Positions 22,501 through 36,195 of a DNA stretch of 48,194 bases are shown piece after piece. The notes under the pieces were generated by a model. It was given only the letters and a program-made list of their open reading frames with translations, did not search any database and was not told the origin of the DNA. Every line of letters starts with the position of its first letter. Within the stretch, counting starts at the first letter, position 1. The position numbers and the translations under genes were made by a program. The stretch comes from Psammoneis japonica (lineage: Eukaryota), in NCBI GenBank assembly GCA_008632985.1, contig QPGO01000016.1, positions 778,840 to 827,033 on the forward strand, written 5' to 3'.

Positions 22501-25500
22501 GTCAACCTTGGCGGATTCTAAACTGGCAATATTGGCGTGTAGTGTGGAAAGCAATGCCTCACAGTTTTCAACCATGGTTTTCAACGCCTGCCCTTGTTTC
22601 GCTTCACTATCACGCTCCTGAGCTATCTGAGCAATAGACGAGTCACGAGCCAGAAGCTCCTTTTCAATCTTTTCTTTCTCCGCAGCAAGCAAACCTCCAC
22701 GATCATTTGCCCCAGCAAGTTGGACTTCAAGGTCGCTCTTTTCGGCTTGAAGCTTCTCAATGGTTTTGGTAGCGGATTCCATCTGCACTTGGTTTTCAAC
22801 TTTTGCGGATTCGATGTCATTGACGGCAATTTCAAATTCGCGAATCCTTTCTTCGGCAATATTCAAACTGGATTTGGTATCCTCTAGCTCGTCTCTGATG
22901 GCTTCGGTCTGACTTGACATACCGTTGATGGTCGATTTGCTTTCGTCCAACTTCTTCAATAATTCTGCTCTCTCTGACGCAAGAGTATCGAGCTCCTCGG
23001 ACTTTGATTTCACTCGAGCTTCAAGATCGGCGTGCGACTTACGAAGCTTCTCGAGATCTTCTTTGAAAACTGCCTTTTCATCAGATATTCCGCGTAATTC
23101 AGTTGCAGCATCGTCTTGTGCCGATCTCAACGTCTCGATGGTGCCTTCAAGCTCCTTGTTCCTAGCTTTGACATCTTCCTCTCTTGCCTTCGATTCTTGT
23201 ACAGCGACAAGCAAATCGTCTCGCTCCTGTTCGAGTTGGTTTTTCTCCGTCTTTAAAGTGTTTCGCTCCGTAGTAGTGGACTCAAACTCCGTCGTAAGGG
23301 CATCGAGAGATTTTGAAAGTTGTTTAGCTTCTTCTTCAGATTCCGTTTGTAGAGCGTTGTATCTGCAAGCTCCTTCACAACATTCTCGTGTTCCTCCCGT
23401 AACTTAGTGAGAGCATCATCAGAAGCTCTTTTCTCCATACCCATTCTCTCCAAGGCTGCCTTAGTTTGGTCGAGATCCGCTATCATTTTCCGTTGAGTAT
23501 CTGCAGCTTCAGATAGAGCAGCAGCTTGATTCTCTTTTGAAGCATGCAAAGTTTCGATGGTACTTACAAGCTTCTTATTTCTGGCTTCGGCGTCTTCCAA
23601 TCTTTCCTTCGATTCTTGTACGGCGACGAGCAAATCGTCTCGCTCCTGCTCGAGTTGGTTTACTTGCGTCTTTAGTGCGTTTCGCTCCGTACTAGTGGAC
23701 TCAAACTCTGTCGTGAGACCACCGAGGGAATTCGAAAGCTGCTTAGCTCCTTCTTCAGACTCCGATAGAAGAGTCTTTGTATCTGCAAGCTCCTTTACCA
23801 GAATCTCGTGCTCCTCACGAAGTTTCGAAAAACTGTTGTCAGAAACTTTCTGTTCGGTAGCCATTCTCTCCAAAGCTGCCTTAGTTTCGTCGAGAGCCTT
23901 TTCCGTTTTCGCTTGAGTCTCTGTAGATGCAGCTAGAGCCGTAGCTTGATTCTCACATGTAGCTCTGAGCTCTGCTTTTTCTTCCGTGAACTTCTCTGTC
24001 TCAGATGCAAGATTGGACTTCAACGCGTTAACCATCGACTCGAGCTCGGAAGCTTGCTGCATCGACTCGCCCAGCTTATGTTGCAGTTCATCGATAGATT
24101 GATTTTTGGACCCGACATCAGATTCAAGAACCGCAACCCTCGCCTTAGATTCTTCCAAATCGCCAGCAATACTTTCGAACTTTGCGTTTAGATTGCTGTA
24201 AGCAGACTGTTGTGACATAAGCTCGGATTGGCTACTCTTCAAAGATTCTTTTAGTTCATCAATCTCGTGATTCGCTGCAGACTTCTCCTCCTCCATTGCA
24301 GCCATCTTTGCTTCCAACGAATTCACGGTACCAAGGGCCTCATCCTTTTCAGCGATCGCTTCTTGCATACCGGACGTTAACAGTTGCAGGCGCCCTTTGT
24401 CCTCGTCACGTTCTTTGATGTAGCGGTCTCTTTCGGAGTTGGCTTCTGCCAATTCAAAGGCTCCTCGGAGTCTTTCCTCTGACAGTTCGTCAAAGCGAGA
24501 TTGGAGATCCACTCGTTCACTTTCAACCTCGGCGACTCGAACCGTGGCAGCTCTGTATTCGGCGGTGACGGCGTCCAAATTCTCTGTAAGCTTCACCATC
24601 GACTCTTCCAAAGTAGCTCGATCAGCCAGCTCTTTCTCGAGCTTTTCAAAAGCTTCGCGAATAGAAGCGTCCTTTTCTGATAGAGCGGCGTCGTGCTCGC
24701 TTACTAGCACCAATAGATCGTCAGCCAATGACGTGCACTTGCGTTCTGCTTCTTCCTTGTCCACCAAAAGAGATTCAAGCTTGGAGTTGGCGTCGTTGAG
24801 CTCAGATTTGGTGTTTTCAACATTTCGATCAGACTCCTGAATAGCCGTTTTCAGGTTTCGTACATGAGCACTCTTGGCGGTAAAAGCATGACGCAATAGA
24901 GCCAGCTCCTTGTTGGGTGAAAGCGGGCCTGGTCCCGTCCTGGCGATTTTCCCTCTTCCAGTAGCTCTCGAAGCGCTTTGCGGACCAGAGTCGAGAATTT
25001 TTCCTCGTTTAGCAGCATCAAGAGGTGGACTCATCAACGCAGTATCACTGGAAAGCAACACTCCGTCAGACAATCGACGTTTCCTCGTTCTCGATGACGC
25101 TGTGTCTGATACATCCATGCTTTCAATCTTTTTGAATAAACCGCTGTTGTTGAGAAGCGACGATTTTAATCGTTTGAGCTTGTCTTCTGCTTCACGAGCA
25201 GCCGTTCCCGCTGTAGCAGCTTCCTTTTTTAGCGCCTGAACATGCTCTCCAGCTCCCTGTTTTCGCGCTTCGGCAAGCTCACGCTGGAGACGTTTGATCA
25301 ACGACCGATCATCCAGAACCTCGTTCACCTGTGCATTTGTCTTGACAAGTTTAGCTCTTGAGGCGAATAGAAGTGTAGAACGAGTCTCCTCTAGATACAA
25401 CTCAGAGGGAGTAGCACAGCAAACGACGGCCATACGAGCGTTCCCGGACAGAGAGGGCTGAAGGATTCTGGTAAGTTTCGAGTCACGGAAATTGATATGC

Positions 25501-26902
25501 CCTTGATTGGGCTGTCCCAGCGCGACGATGACCCGGGAGAGTGTAAGAAGACTGTAGACATAAGGACACGTATCGTGTTAGAACTGATAAGTGCAATATG
25601 GACGCAAGTTTGAAAGCTCTCAAAGCAACTTACCTCTGGTTGATCTTTCCTCCTTCCTTCTGACGATCACCTGTAGCCCCAGTGTGACGAACGCTTTCGG
25701 AACCCGCCAAGTCTACCAAGTTCAGAGTAGAGATACGAACGGCGCCGTCGTCTTGGTCTTCATGGTTCTCCTTATCACTCTCTGCATCGTCATCATCTTG
25801 ATCCGTCTTCTGCCGACTCTCGATCGTGATACGGAAAATGGTATGAGAACGGGAAGACCGTTCGTTCATGCTGGTAGATGCGACCGCCCGGTTCTTCTCT
25901 CCAGCAAACAACACCTCTAAGAGGCTATCAAAATCCGTAACGATTTCCTCTTGGCTGTTTACAAAGACTCCACGTCGAGGGTCTTCTCGTACTTGAAGCA
26001 CCTCGTTCTCTCCGAGCAAGTCCCGCACCTCCTCGTTGTAGATCTCCAAGAAGGACGTTCGAACCAAGAACATTCGGTCGGGGGTCTTGGCAATGTGTTC
26101 AAATATATCCTTGGTAGCCATATGCACAACACCTCCGCCGGTAGAGTTGTAGCCTTCTTCGATTGACCCGGAACCCTGCATCGTGTAGGTCTTACCACTA
26201 GAAGTTTGCCCGTATGCAAAGATGGTTCCATTGATTCCGGAAACGACTCCCTGAACGATGTTCTTGGCTGTACCATCATAAACCTGTCGTGTTGTAGATT
26301 CTTCTCCAAAGGTTTTGTCAAAACTGAAAAAGGTTCGGCCAATAATTCGCTCCGGTAAAGGCTCTCCCTTGTTGGTAGTTTGAGCAATCGACTTGTATTG
26401 CGGAAGAACTTTCCATACGCGACTAGCTGTATTCGACGTGGCGCTCTCGGATGTGGATTCCTTGGCATTCAATGGGCGCATACGAATTGCAACTAAGGAA
26501 AAGAGAGAATATAGCGTCATACAGTGAGATGCGTCAAACAAGACATCCCATTTTCATACCGAAAAACACGTCACCGTCAGCGTTGATTCAGACACACACA
26601 CACATACCTACGATTCCTTCTCCTTCGCCACCCTCCTCAACTATTGTATCTGCTGCCGGTAATGCCGGAGCTCTCTTGGGAGAATGTGTCATTTTGTTAG
26701 TTCTCGGCAGCCGTGTCCGACTCGGTGTGGTGGCTGGTTTTCGTGGGGTCGTTCGGGTTGTTGCTTTTCTTCGCTGTGCTGCCGGTGATGGAGACTTGAA
26801 ATTCGATGGCGTTGGAATCCCGCTTCGTCGTCGTGGTGGCGGAGACATGCGTGTAGGAGTGCTACCAGCCGCTGCTGCCGTCTTTCGCGGCGGCGTTCTC
26901 AT
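19516..26902 (-). CDS. Kinesin-7 (CENP-E-like) with very long coiled coil; introns about 26607-26493, 25633-25552 and 20604-20527; 1-bp frameshift near 23355
   Basis: VAIRMRP, FAYGQTSSGKT (P-loop), NERSSRSH, LVDLAGSE, INFRDSKLTRILQPSLSGN motifs; GT-AG junctions restore the frame. Confidence 0.92.
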
Positions 26903-29900
26903 GGTCACGTCGTGATGGCTGAGAAAGTCGTTCTTTTCTTTCTGTTCAATTTTTTGTGACGTTCAAACGGTCACCTTGAGATTTTGAATTTGTACGTAGG
27001 AATCAGTACTGATTCTACTAGAACAGAAGTCAAACCGCCGTTGACCGTCTGGCTTGTGTGTGTCCGTTTGTCCGACACCTGGATGATGGAACCCGGAATT
27101 GATCAACCATCCCAAACAGATGGCGTTGATGGCGATGCCGCGGCGGCCTTGGCATCGGATTGGCGCGCCTAGCTGTGTTGGCAAAGTCATCTCAAGACCA
27201 TGGTTCTGCTTAAGGAGACTCTTTCTCACTGCATGGATCAATGATGTAGAGCAACAAGAACGAGAAAGCAGAGATCCGGCACGAGAAGACATGGGGCACA
27301 AAAGTGGAGGCTGGAGCTTTCTTGGAAACATTTTGAAGAATCCCATGTGCAGCGAGATGTGCAAAAAGAAGGATCTGGGAAGGACAGCTGTGGTGCTTTT
27401 GATTGAGCCTGCAAAGTGGTGTGGCTGAAGAGCACATTGTGCTGACTTCGTGGCAGCCACAGAGGAGTCACCACCCAGGAGCCGTGGCGCATCACATGCA
27501 TCATGCAACAAGAAGAGCGTGATCCAGAGTTGTTGGCAATCTCTTGGGACAGTCAAGCAAATGGCAACAACACACAAATGCAAGACAACAATGTAACAAC
27601 TGCCTGTCAGGTGGAATTGTGAGTCAAGCAATGGGTCAAACAAAAGCAATGAGTGAAAATGAGGTGCAGGCTGATTCCTGAAAAGACGTTGCCACTTCCA
27701 CCCAAATTCTTCATGGCCCAGTTTCTCCCAAGATGTGCCCATCCTGATTGACCTCCATTTTGCCATTGCCTGCTGCCACCTTGGCTCAAGCTTCAGGGCA
27801 GCATCCTTTCTCCTTGTTGTCACAACACAGGTTTGGGCTGGAGGTGGTGGGGATGGCCGAAAGTGCAAAACATGCACAGAAATCACCGCACAAACACAGA
27901 CCTCCACTACAATCCTCTTTGCAAGTGGCAACACTCAACTCACATTGTTGACACAACCCTGCAAATGTCATCTCTTTTCTCCCAATGCCATGGAACCCAT
28001 GTCAATTTTGCACCAGGTCCACGTGCAAAAATTTGAAGTTGCCAGAGGACGAGTGACAGATCATCAACACCCACACTCTTGCCTTTGGCCTGCAGCCGCA
28101 GCCAAACACCTGACGCAATGAGGAAAAAGAAGGAATCATCATCACACTTGAATTCAAGAATGAGTTGATTGAGTCCATGTGAAAACAAAGATTCCTTTCT
28201 TTGATTTGGATTGTTGTGCGATTGCCAACAAAATTGAGATGGTGGTGACATTTTTTCATTTTTTCTTACACAACAAGATTGCCGCAGTCACCTGGAGTCA
28301 CCTTGCCCACTTGACCCCCCTCCAGGATGATAGAAACTTGGACAACAATTCACACATCTTGACAAGGAGTTTGGGCTGCTTGTTTGGGCTCTGCTCTTTG
28401 CTGGTTCTTGGCTCACTTGTGCAGAAAATGTTGAGTTCAGCGATGAGAAAGGTGCCAAAATTGCAATGCTCCAGCATTTGAGTTGGCAGCAGCACAGGAG
28501 TGATGAGTGGCGCTGGAGTGTGATGTGCACCTGTCATGCTTTGGCAGACAGCACAAGAGCAGGGGCAGCAGAGAGACTGGCAGCACCCACTTTGGGCATT
28601 GGCAGCACTGGACCAGCTGGTGCTGGAGCCGGGTGCAATCTGCCAATTGTGGGAAAGCCCCAAATTAAGGGGCAGGCATGCATCATCTCTGACACAATGC
28701 AAAGGGCAGCTTCTGTGAGATCCTGCAAGAGATTGCATCCCAGACAAGGCAGAGATTGAGCAAGTCCAAAGTGAGCTTGTGTGGAGCCTCAAAAGAAGGG
28801 GCGCCTGGGATGCTGGAGAGCCATGTCAACCCAAATCACAGCAGGGCTTGCCTGCTGCAACCTGGTTTTGTGGACAGGTGTTTGTCAGAATGTGGAGCAC
28901 AAACAACAACTGTTGTTGATGGCTTCAACAAAACAGTGCAGCACTCAAAACCAATGGGGGGGGGGGGGTTGACCCCACTGCAGAACACATGGGGGGCTTC
29001 TCACAAAGACAAGGACACACTTGGTGCAGAGCACTTTGTGTGTGATGATGTTCTGGCTGTGTTGTGCTGCTCTGCACCACTGCACAATGCACCTGATGTC
29101 TGCTGGGCTGACAGCTGTGCTGCCCTTTGCAAAACAACTGGATGGCAGTGCAAAACATCTGGGCATGTGGCAGCACATGAGCCACCATTGTCAGCTGGCA
29201 AGAAAGTCTGCAGCACACATGCAGGGAGCACTCCTCTGACAGCAGCCCCAAAACCTTTTTTGGAAATCTAGAAAAGTGCTGAACAACAGCTGGGTCATTC
29301 TTCAGACAGCAGCCAGGTGGAGTCAGAGCAGGCAGAGTTGCAGCAGCCTGATGGCATTGCCTTGGAGCAGCACCTCTGGCTGCACTGCAGCAGCAGGCTG
29401 TGTTGTTGTTGGTGGCATGGGAGAAGGCTGAGTGGCACACCAGGAGCAGCAAAGAAGTGGGCAGTGCAGGAGCAGGCAGCACAAGAAAGCACCAAACTTG
29501 GAGCCAGAAATTGAATGCTCATGGCAGTGGCACACTCCACACCAGCAGCTTTCTGGGCTGAAGTGAGGTGCAGTTGGAGTCTCACCTCCCCCCCCTGTTT
29601 TGAGTGTGACATCATGTCAGGTCTTGTTTTTGCTGTTTGCAATGTGTGGTGGTGCTCATCTCCTTTGTCTTCAACAAGCAAGCTGCTTTCTAATTCAATG
29701 ATTGCATCTCCTCAATGTTCTTTGGCAGCCCACTTTGAAAGAGTTTGCAATCATGCTCAAACCCTTGCAGTGTCACCCATCTTCTTGGCTTCTTCTTCCA
29801 CCTCAACATCAGAGCCAGGTGATTCTCAAACTTCCTCCTTGTGCCTTTGATGACCAAGAAGATGTGACATTTCTTTTGCTGCCATGTCTTTTGTTGTTCC

Positions 29901-31913
29901 TTTTCCACTGTGCAATTTGGTGCTCCAGCCATTTGAGTCAGCTTGGCAAAATGTTTTGGGTTGTCACAACAGCAGCCCCCAACGCTCTCCAGGCACTCTA
30001 GATTGCTGCCCAGCTCAGCTGCATTGCACTGGTGTGCTTCTTTGTGCCTCTCTCTTGCAGTTTGTTGATGTGCATCTTGGGAACAACCCAAACTCAGGTC
30101 TGTCTGCGTGACATGAGGTGCCAGGAATCTCTCAAACAAATGTTGGGTTTTGCGTTTTTCAAACTGGGAATCTTTCAACATGCAAAGCAGGTTCTAACCT
30201 AAATTTTGGGTTTGGCCAAGTCACTGACCTTTGGCCAGAAGATGCATTGTGTGAGTCACAGCAAAATCAAAGCAGGTTTTGTTGATCAAAAAGCCACTTG
30301 CATTGTTTTGCAACTGTGGTGGCCCTCCACCTTGAGTGCAGTCATCTTTCTGCTGAAAATCAGCCCAAATGACCAATTCCCACCATGTTGTTTCTGGCCC
30401 ATAAGTTGCTGCAGTGCTTTGTTTTGCTCATTTCCAAGCTGTTCCCAACTTGTTTTTCCACTGCATTGTCACACTGGTTGCAGTGGCTGGACAGCAACAC
30501 TTTGCTGTCACCCTCTTCCTTTTCTTCAATGGCTTCTTCACAGATGCTCCCCACTCCCTCTCCTCCTTTCTTTTGGCTGGCTGCCCAAGCCACCACAGCT
30601 GCTGTGGTCTAAGAATTGTTTGACCCAGCATGCCAATGACCTGTTGCATTTGTCAATGCCCTCCTTGCTCTCCACCCTTGGTTTTTGCATGACCATCTTG
30701 TTGCTGCCCCATCCTTGTGTGCATCTTTGGCTCCCAGCACTGTCAGCCTCCCCACCCTCTGGGTTTTTTGGGGTTTTCATTTAGCCATGCCATTGTTTTG
30801 TTCAAATGACACCATGTGGCCTGTCACAAGAAGTGCCTGCTCATTTCTTCATCCCTTGAACTGGCTTTGATGTTTTGCATTGAAAAGCCACCAATTTGAT
30901 TTCCACAGCATGATTGTTTGTCAAATTGGTCAGGAACCCAAAGATTGCTTTTCTGCAGTGAGACAGATGAAGGGCCATGTTTCTGGGGTCATCCAGCACA
31001 AATCCACAGGCCTTTCTTGTCACACTCCAGACATTTGGTCATGTGAGTTGTGCTCAACTCATCATCATGACATGCGGTGCTGCATTTTGCATGGCTGTCA
31101 AATGATGGCATGTGTGGACACCACTCACTTTGAGCACATGTCTGACTTGAGCTGTGACGCCATTTGCAAAACCTCCTGGTCATTTTGGGGAGACATTTGG
31201 CCCTGTGTGCAGTGACCCCTTCTTTCCAAAACTTGAGACTCAATTTTCCCCACCATGGTGCCACCTCCAAAAGACCAGTTTGCACTGTGTTCCATGTTGC
31301 TGAAGTGGCAGTCACTGTGTCTTTGCTGCACCCTCTCATGTCTCTCTGCTGCACCTGCCATGCCTTCCCACCACAGTGGTCCCCGATGGAAGCCACCATG
31401 ACTGCATGTTCCACCAAGAAAGGAGCTTGGTGAGCATGCGCACAAGATTGCACAGCCATCTGGAGCACCAAATTGTGCAGACATGTGCATGGCAGTTGTG
31501 TGGAGCCCAGCAAAGTGAGGTGTCAAGCTCAAACCATCATCCAGGAAGCAGCCAGTGAGTCAGTGAGCACCAACAACAGATGGTGCAGCCTGTCTCCAGC
31601 CAGCCAAACAAAGGAGAGAAAGAGTGCAGCACCTCTGGGAAACCCAAGCATGCTGTGCATTGAAGCTGCCCAAGCCTTCACAAATGCAAGGAGTGTCTTC
31701 TTTGGTGCCAAAGAACTCTCAAGACAAGGTGGAAGAGTGGGAGCAGCTGTGCAGGAAGAAGACCCACCCCAATCACACACACACAACTGGCTGCTGTGTC
31801 CTCAAGTTTTTCTGGCACAACCTCTCAAGAAATCCCATGGACAAGAATCAGCTTGTTCTCCAACTGTGACAACAACAAATGTGAGCAAAGCTGTGATTTG
31901 CTGTTTGCTGTGT

Positions 31914-32538
31914 TGCAATGACTGCCTGCTGGGTGCATGCCTTGAGGGCTCATTTCTTAGAGACCAAATGTGGGCCCCCTTCTTGCGATGAGAATTTTTC
32001 CAACAAAAACGTTTTGCTGCCAGCAATGCCATTGCTTGTGTTGCATCAAAAAGAAGCAATGCCAACCATGTCACACTCAACATTCAAGATGAGTCCTGAC
32101 TTGGTGGCAAGACTTGTTTTGCTGTTGAGCCAAGAGCTGCCAACACTTTGAGAGCAGCTTGCCCCCCCCCCCCCCCCCGGGCAATGCTGCACTCGGAGCA
32201 AACAATCAGCAGCATGCTGTGGGGACCCAGTGGAGCACTGCCACCAAGTGCTGAATGCACTCCACAACTCAGCACCAGACGCCAGGCAAACATGTCACCA
32301 CAATCAGTGTGAAGTTTGCAGCACAAAGAACAGGAGTCAAAGAGAAGACAATGAGAGCAGCCATTGAGCCAATCATCATCAAACAGGGACACACAAGGCA
32401 GACCCCTGCCCACTTGGTCAATGGAGATTTCAGCATGCACAACAGGCATGTCAATGAAACAACTGCATTTGCACTGCTTGCAGTTGATGCTGTGGACAGG
32501 AAGGGATTGGTCATTCAACCAGCCACAAAATCAAATCA
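31914..32538 (-). mobile_element. Short bipartite non-autonomous derivative of the LINE family (3' end fused to 5' end)
   Basis: 31914-32335 aligns with 34951-35405 (LINE 3' end); 32412-32538 aligns with 45635-45758 (LINE 5' end); same orientation. Confidence 0.7.
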
Positions 32539-32959
32539 ACAATGTGCAAGATCAGTGGGCAAAAAGGTCACAAAGAATGTGGTTGGAAGGTGAGGATGGA
32601 TGGTGGCAGACACCATTGTGCCATTGTTGTTTCTGGCTCATGGTGCAGGGTGGTGTGCTTGAGTGTTGTGGCTTTGGGGAACATGATCTTTGGCAGTGAA
32701 GCCATTGAAGAAACTTCCTGCATGGAATTTGCACTGAAACAGCCTGTGTCAATGAGACATCCTGCAGCAGGCCCAACAATTGTGGTGCCAACCAGCAGAA
32801 GTGTTGCATGGGCTTGGAAACTGTTGTTGAAGACAAGGCCAATGAGGTGGGCCACATTGTCTGTCCCTGGCTGTGCCCTTGCCCAGCTGTTGGAAGTGTG
32901 GTTAATTCCAACACCTCCTTCATTTTTGGACTGTTTTGCTCAAGCTCTTGCAACAAAAT

Positions 32960-33410
32960 GCATTGGTGTTGATGACTGTCCCATCAAGAACTCATTGAAT
33001 TTGTTCCCAAACTTGCCAAGAGTGCAATGATGGATGCAATGTCTTCACCTTCCTTTGCACAGCAGCACAACATTGCAGCAGCACTGGTGCTGTCCACACA
33101 TCCTGCCCTGTCCACACATCCTGCCTCTCCATGCCATGCTCCCACCAGACTGTTGCAGCTCATGGCACCACAACCTCCCAGATCATTGCATTGACAGCTG
33201 GGCTGTCATAAAATCATTGCATTTGTTCCCAAAGCTTGCCAAGAGTGCAAGATGGCTGCAGTGTCTTTACCTTCGTTTGCACAGCAGCACAACATTGCAG
33301 CAGCACTGGCGCTGTCCACCCATCCTGCTTCTCCATGCCATGCTCCCAACAGGCTGTTGCAGCTCATGGCATTGCAACCTCCCAGATCATTGCATTGACA
33401 ACTGCGCTGC
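32960..33410. repeat. Tandem duplication, period about 225 bp
   Basis: ttgttcccaaacttgccaagagtgcaa...gcacagcagcacaacattgcagcagcactgg occurs twice. Confidence 0.8.
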
Positions 33411-36195
33411 CAAGATTGTGCTCTTGTGCAGGTGCTCATGATGAGCAGCACCAGTGTGGGCAACTCCATTCTCCTCATGGCTCACCTGGTCAAAGAAGCC
33501 AGTGGGCTCAAGATTCTCTGGTGAGCAGCACAATTGGCTGGCCATCCCAAATTGACTGACAATTTGCATTCATTCCCAACAATTCAGAGTCACCGTGCCT
33601 TTTGTTCAACCAACTGCACTCTTGTTGACTGTCTGTTCCAGCAACTGAAAGTGTTGCACCCACCAACCCCATTGCAATGTGTCAATTGCTTGTTGCTTGA
33701 TGTCTGCATTGGAACAAACAGACCCTGCACATGCCACTTGAAAGACAAGGCAAGATTTTGTTTGGTCACAAGAAACCCAAACAATTTGCTTGCTGTGTCA
33801 TGGCCCCTCTGCCAGATGCTTGATGGTGTCAACAACATGGACAGCATGTCAGTGCTGAAGCTGACTGTTGCCAATGTGTTGCAGTGGTGCCATGCAATGG
33901 AGAAGGAAAGTTGCTTTCAAGTGATGTTGCAGTTGGAATTTTTCATCAAGTGGGTGCCACAGCCTTTCAGCCCCTTCCACAGGGCACCAAATGAAATGAC
34001 AAAAACATTTGGCAGACTGCAGTGTGCATGAAAGGCAAACATGAATTTGCCACATTTGTTGCATGGAAAAGTCAAATGTGATGCACAGAAGGAAAAATGG
34101 AATCAACATGAGAAAGTGCTGCAGGGCATGCAACTGTTTGCATGTGGGTTGCTGTGCAAGCATCATTTCCCTTTCACCACGTGGGATGCACATTGGGTGC
34201 AAAGCCCATGGCAAAGGTGCAGGTCATGGCTTGAGCCAGCACTCATCTTCTTTGTTGCACGACCTTCATCTTTGTTGCCAGAAGTGCATGACAGAGTTGT
34301 CTGAGCTGTTGAGATCAATCATGGTTTGTTTCTTTGCCTCGCTGTGAGGAGGCAAAGTCTTGGAGCTGTGCCTGGAGCAAGTGGGCTCCAGGTGCCTGCA
34401 CATCAAGCACAATCCTTGAATGTGCCACCACAATGGAGCCATTTTCCCCAACAACACCCCAGTTCTGGGACAAACAGAGAAAAGTTAGAACACATTTTTC
34501 ACAATTGGCACAAAAATGGTTGTTCTGTCCATGGCATTGGTTCTGTGCTGCCACATTCACCCAACTCTTTTTGGTCACTTGTGGTGTTTTATGTCTTTCC
34601 AGTTGGCAGCAAAGTCAATCTTTTCAATTTGGCCCTTGCTTTGTTGGTCCTGCACAAGTGCTTGCATGTTTGTGAGTTCTGGGGAGTCTGAGGGGGCAGT
34701 CACTTCTAAGAAAGTAAAATGCAGAGACCAGCTTGATGAAGCTGTTGCTTGCTGCAGCACAGTCAAATCCAGAGAGACAACTTGCATGTGAGTTGAGTGA
34801 GACAGCTGGAGGAAACCATTTTGAAACTCAAGAAGCAACTCAAAGACTGGGAAGAGGATGCAGCCAACAGATGGTCAGTCTCTGTTTCTCCAACAACTGT
34901 TGTGTCAAAAAATGTGAGTGGCTGGAGCCGCAGCCCACTGCCCGCATCACTGCAATGACCACCTGCTGGACACACACCCTTTGAGGGCTCATTTCTTGGA
35001 GACCAAACAATGTGAACTCTCCTGATGAAGATTTTCCCTTCAAACAACGTTTTGCTGCCAGCACTGGTGCCATGCCACCACTGCTTCTTGTGGCTTTGCA
35101 TCAAAAAGCACAGCCAGCAGCCATGTCAAATGCTGCAAGCTGCAAGATGAGCCCTGACTTGTTGGTGATGAGACTTGCTTTGTTGCTTGTTGCAGCCAAG
35201 AGCTGTTGCATTTTCTGCCAACACTCAGAGAACAGCCCACCACCCCCAGAGGCAGTGCTCAGAACACCCGACAGCACTTCCCCCACACGTGTGATGAGCC
35301 AAGAAGCTCAGCACTGAGGCCAAGCACCGGTGGGGAGACCACAGCCATTCAGGTTGCCAGGGGACATGGCACCACACTCGTTGGAAATTTTGCAGCACAA
35401 AGAACAAAAAAAACCAAACCCCAATTTTGAGTGCCATTGCACCTTTGCCCAGCAACACCGGCACCGGCCAACCCACACTTCCAGTGCACCCTGCGGAGGA
35501 TGCGGCAGAAATGCAGTGCAACCAGCCGGTTTTGGTGCCCCCATTAGAGGGCGCCCGACGGAGACAGCTGCAAATGGCGCGAGCACCGCTTTTTGCCAGT
35601 TGTTTGGCTTCTTTCAGGCTGTCTTTTAGTCTTGGACGGACCACAGCGATCCAGTTTTGGATCCTCGTTGTCGAAAATGATGGGTGTTCTTCAACCGAAT
35701 CCAACAATGCGCCTCTGTCCTTCGCCAAGCATTCTTGTCATTTGTTGTGTGTCACCGTCAGCTCGGCTTCCGCCTTCCTCCGTTGAGATGATTTCCGAGA
35801 ATCAACATCGTGCCCGTGAACTGGCTTGTTGTGCTCCTCCCAAAGTTCCCACCAGTTCCTCCACATGAAAGACCCGATCTGAACCGTCCAATCCGGTGGC
35901 TGTTTGTTTTCTTCCTGACATTGTCGTAAAATGCCAGAATCGCGCAGGTGTCCGGATTGTAAAAGATTCCACATGTGCGAGCATCTGCCGTTGAAAACCT
36001 GTCTCCAACCAATGTCCGATTGAGCTCACCAAAGTTCCTTGCATCGACAGTCCACGTTGTCAAGGTGCGTCATTTCTTCATCAAACCAGGCTTGAAGCAT
36101 GTCCAGGAGGAAGTCTCGGAGAGCAGGCACAGTGTCGATCTTGTCGCAGCAACTTCGAAGACCCTGCAGGAACTTCCTTCTCCACTGTTCGTTGT

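Larger units (their letters stand above)
27050..34950. repeat. Large block of old nested TE remnants, depleted of both TpA and CpG
   Basis: TG/CA-saturated sequence with dense spurious ORFs in all six frames; superfamilies could not be assigned by eye. Confidence 0.7.

Noticed and set aside
28700..34700. Possible Copia RT or transposase fragments in the old block
   Set aside because: Only vague resemblance; no motif I could verify without an HMM search on TA/CG-restored sequence
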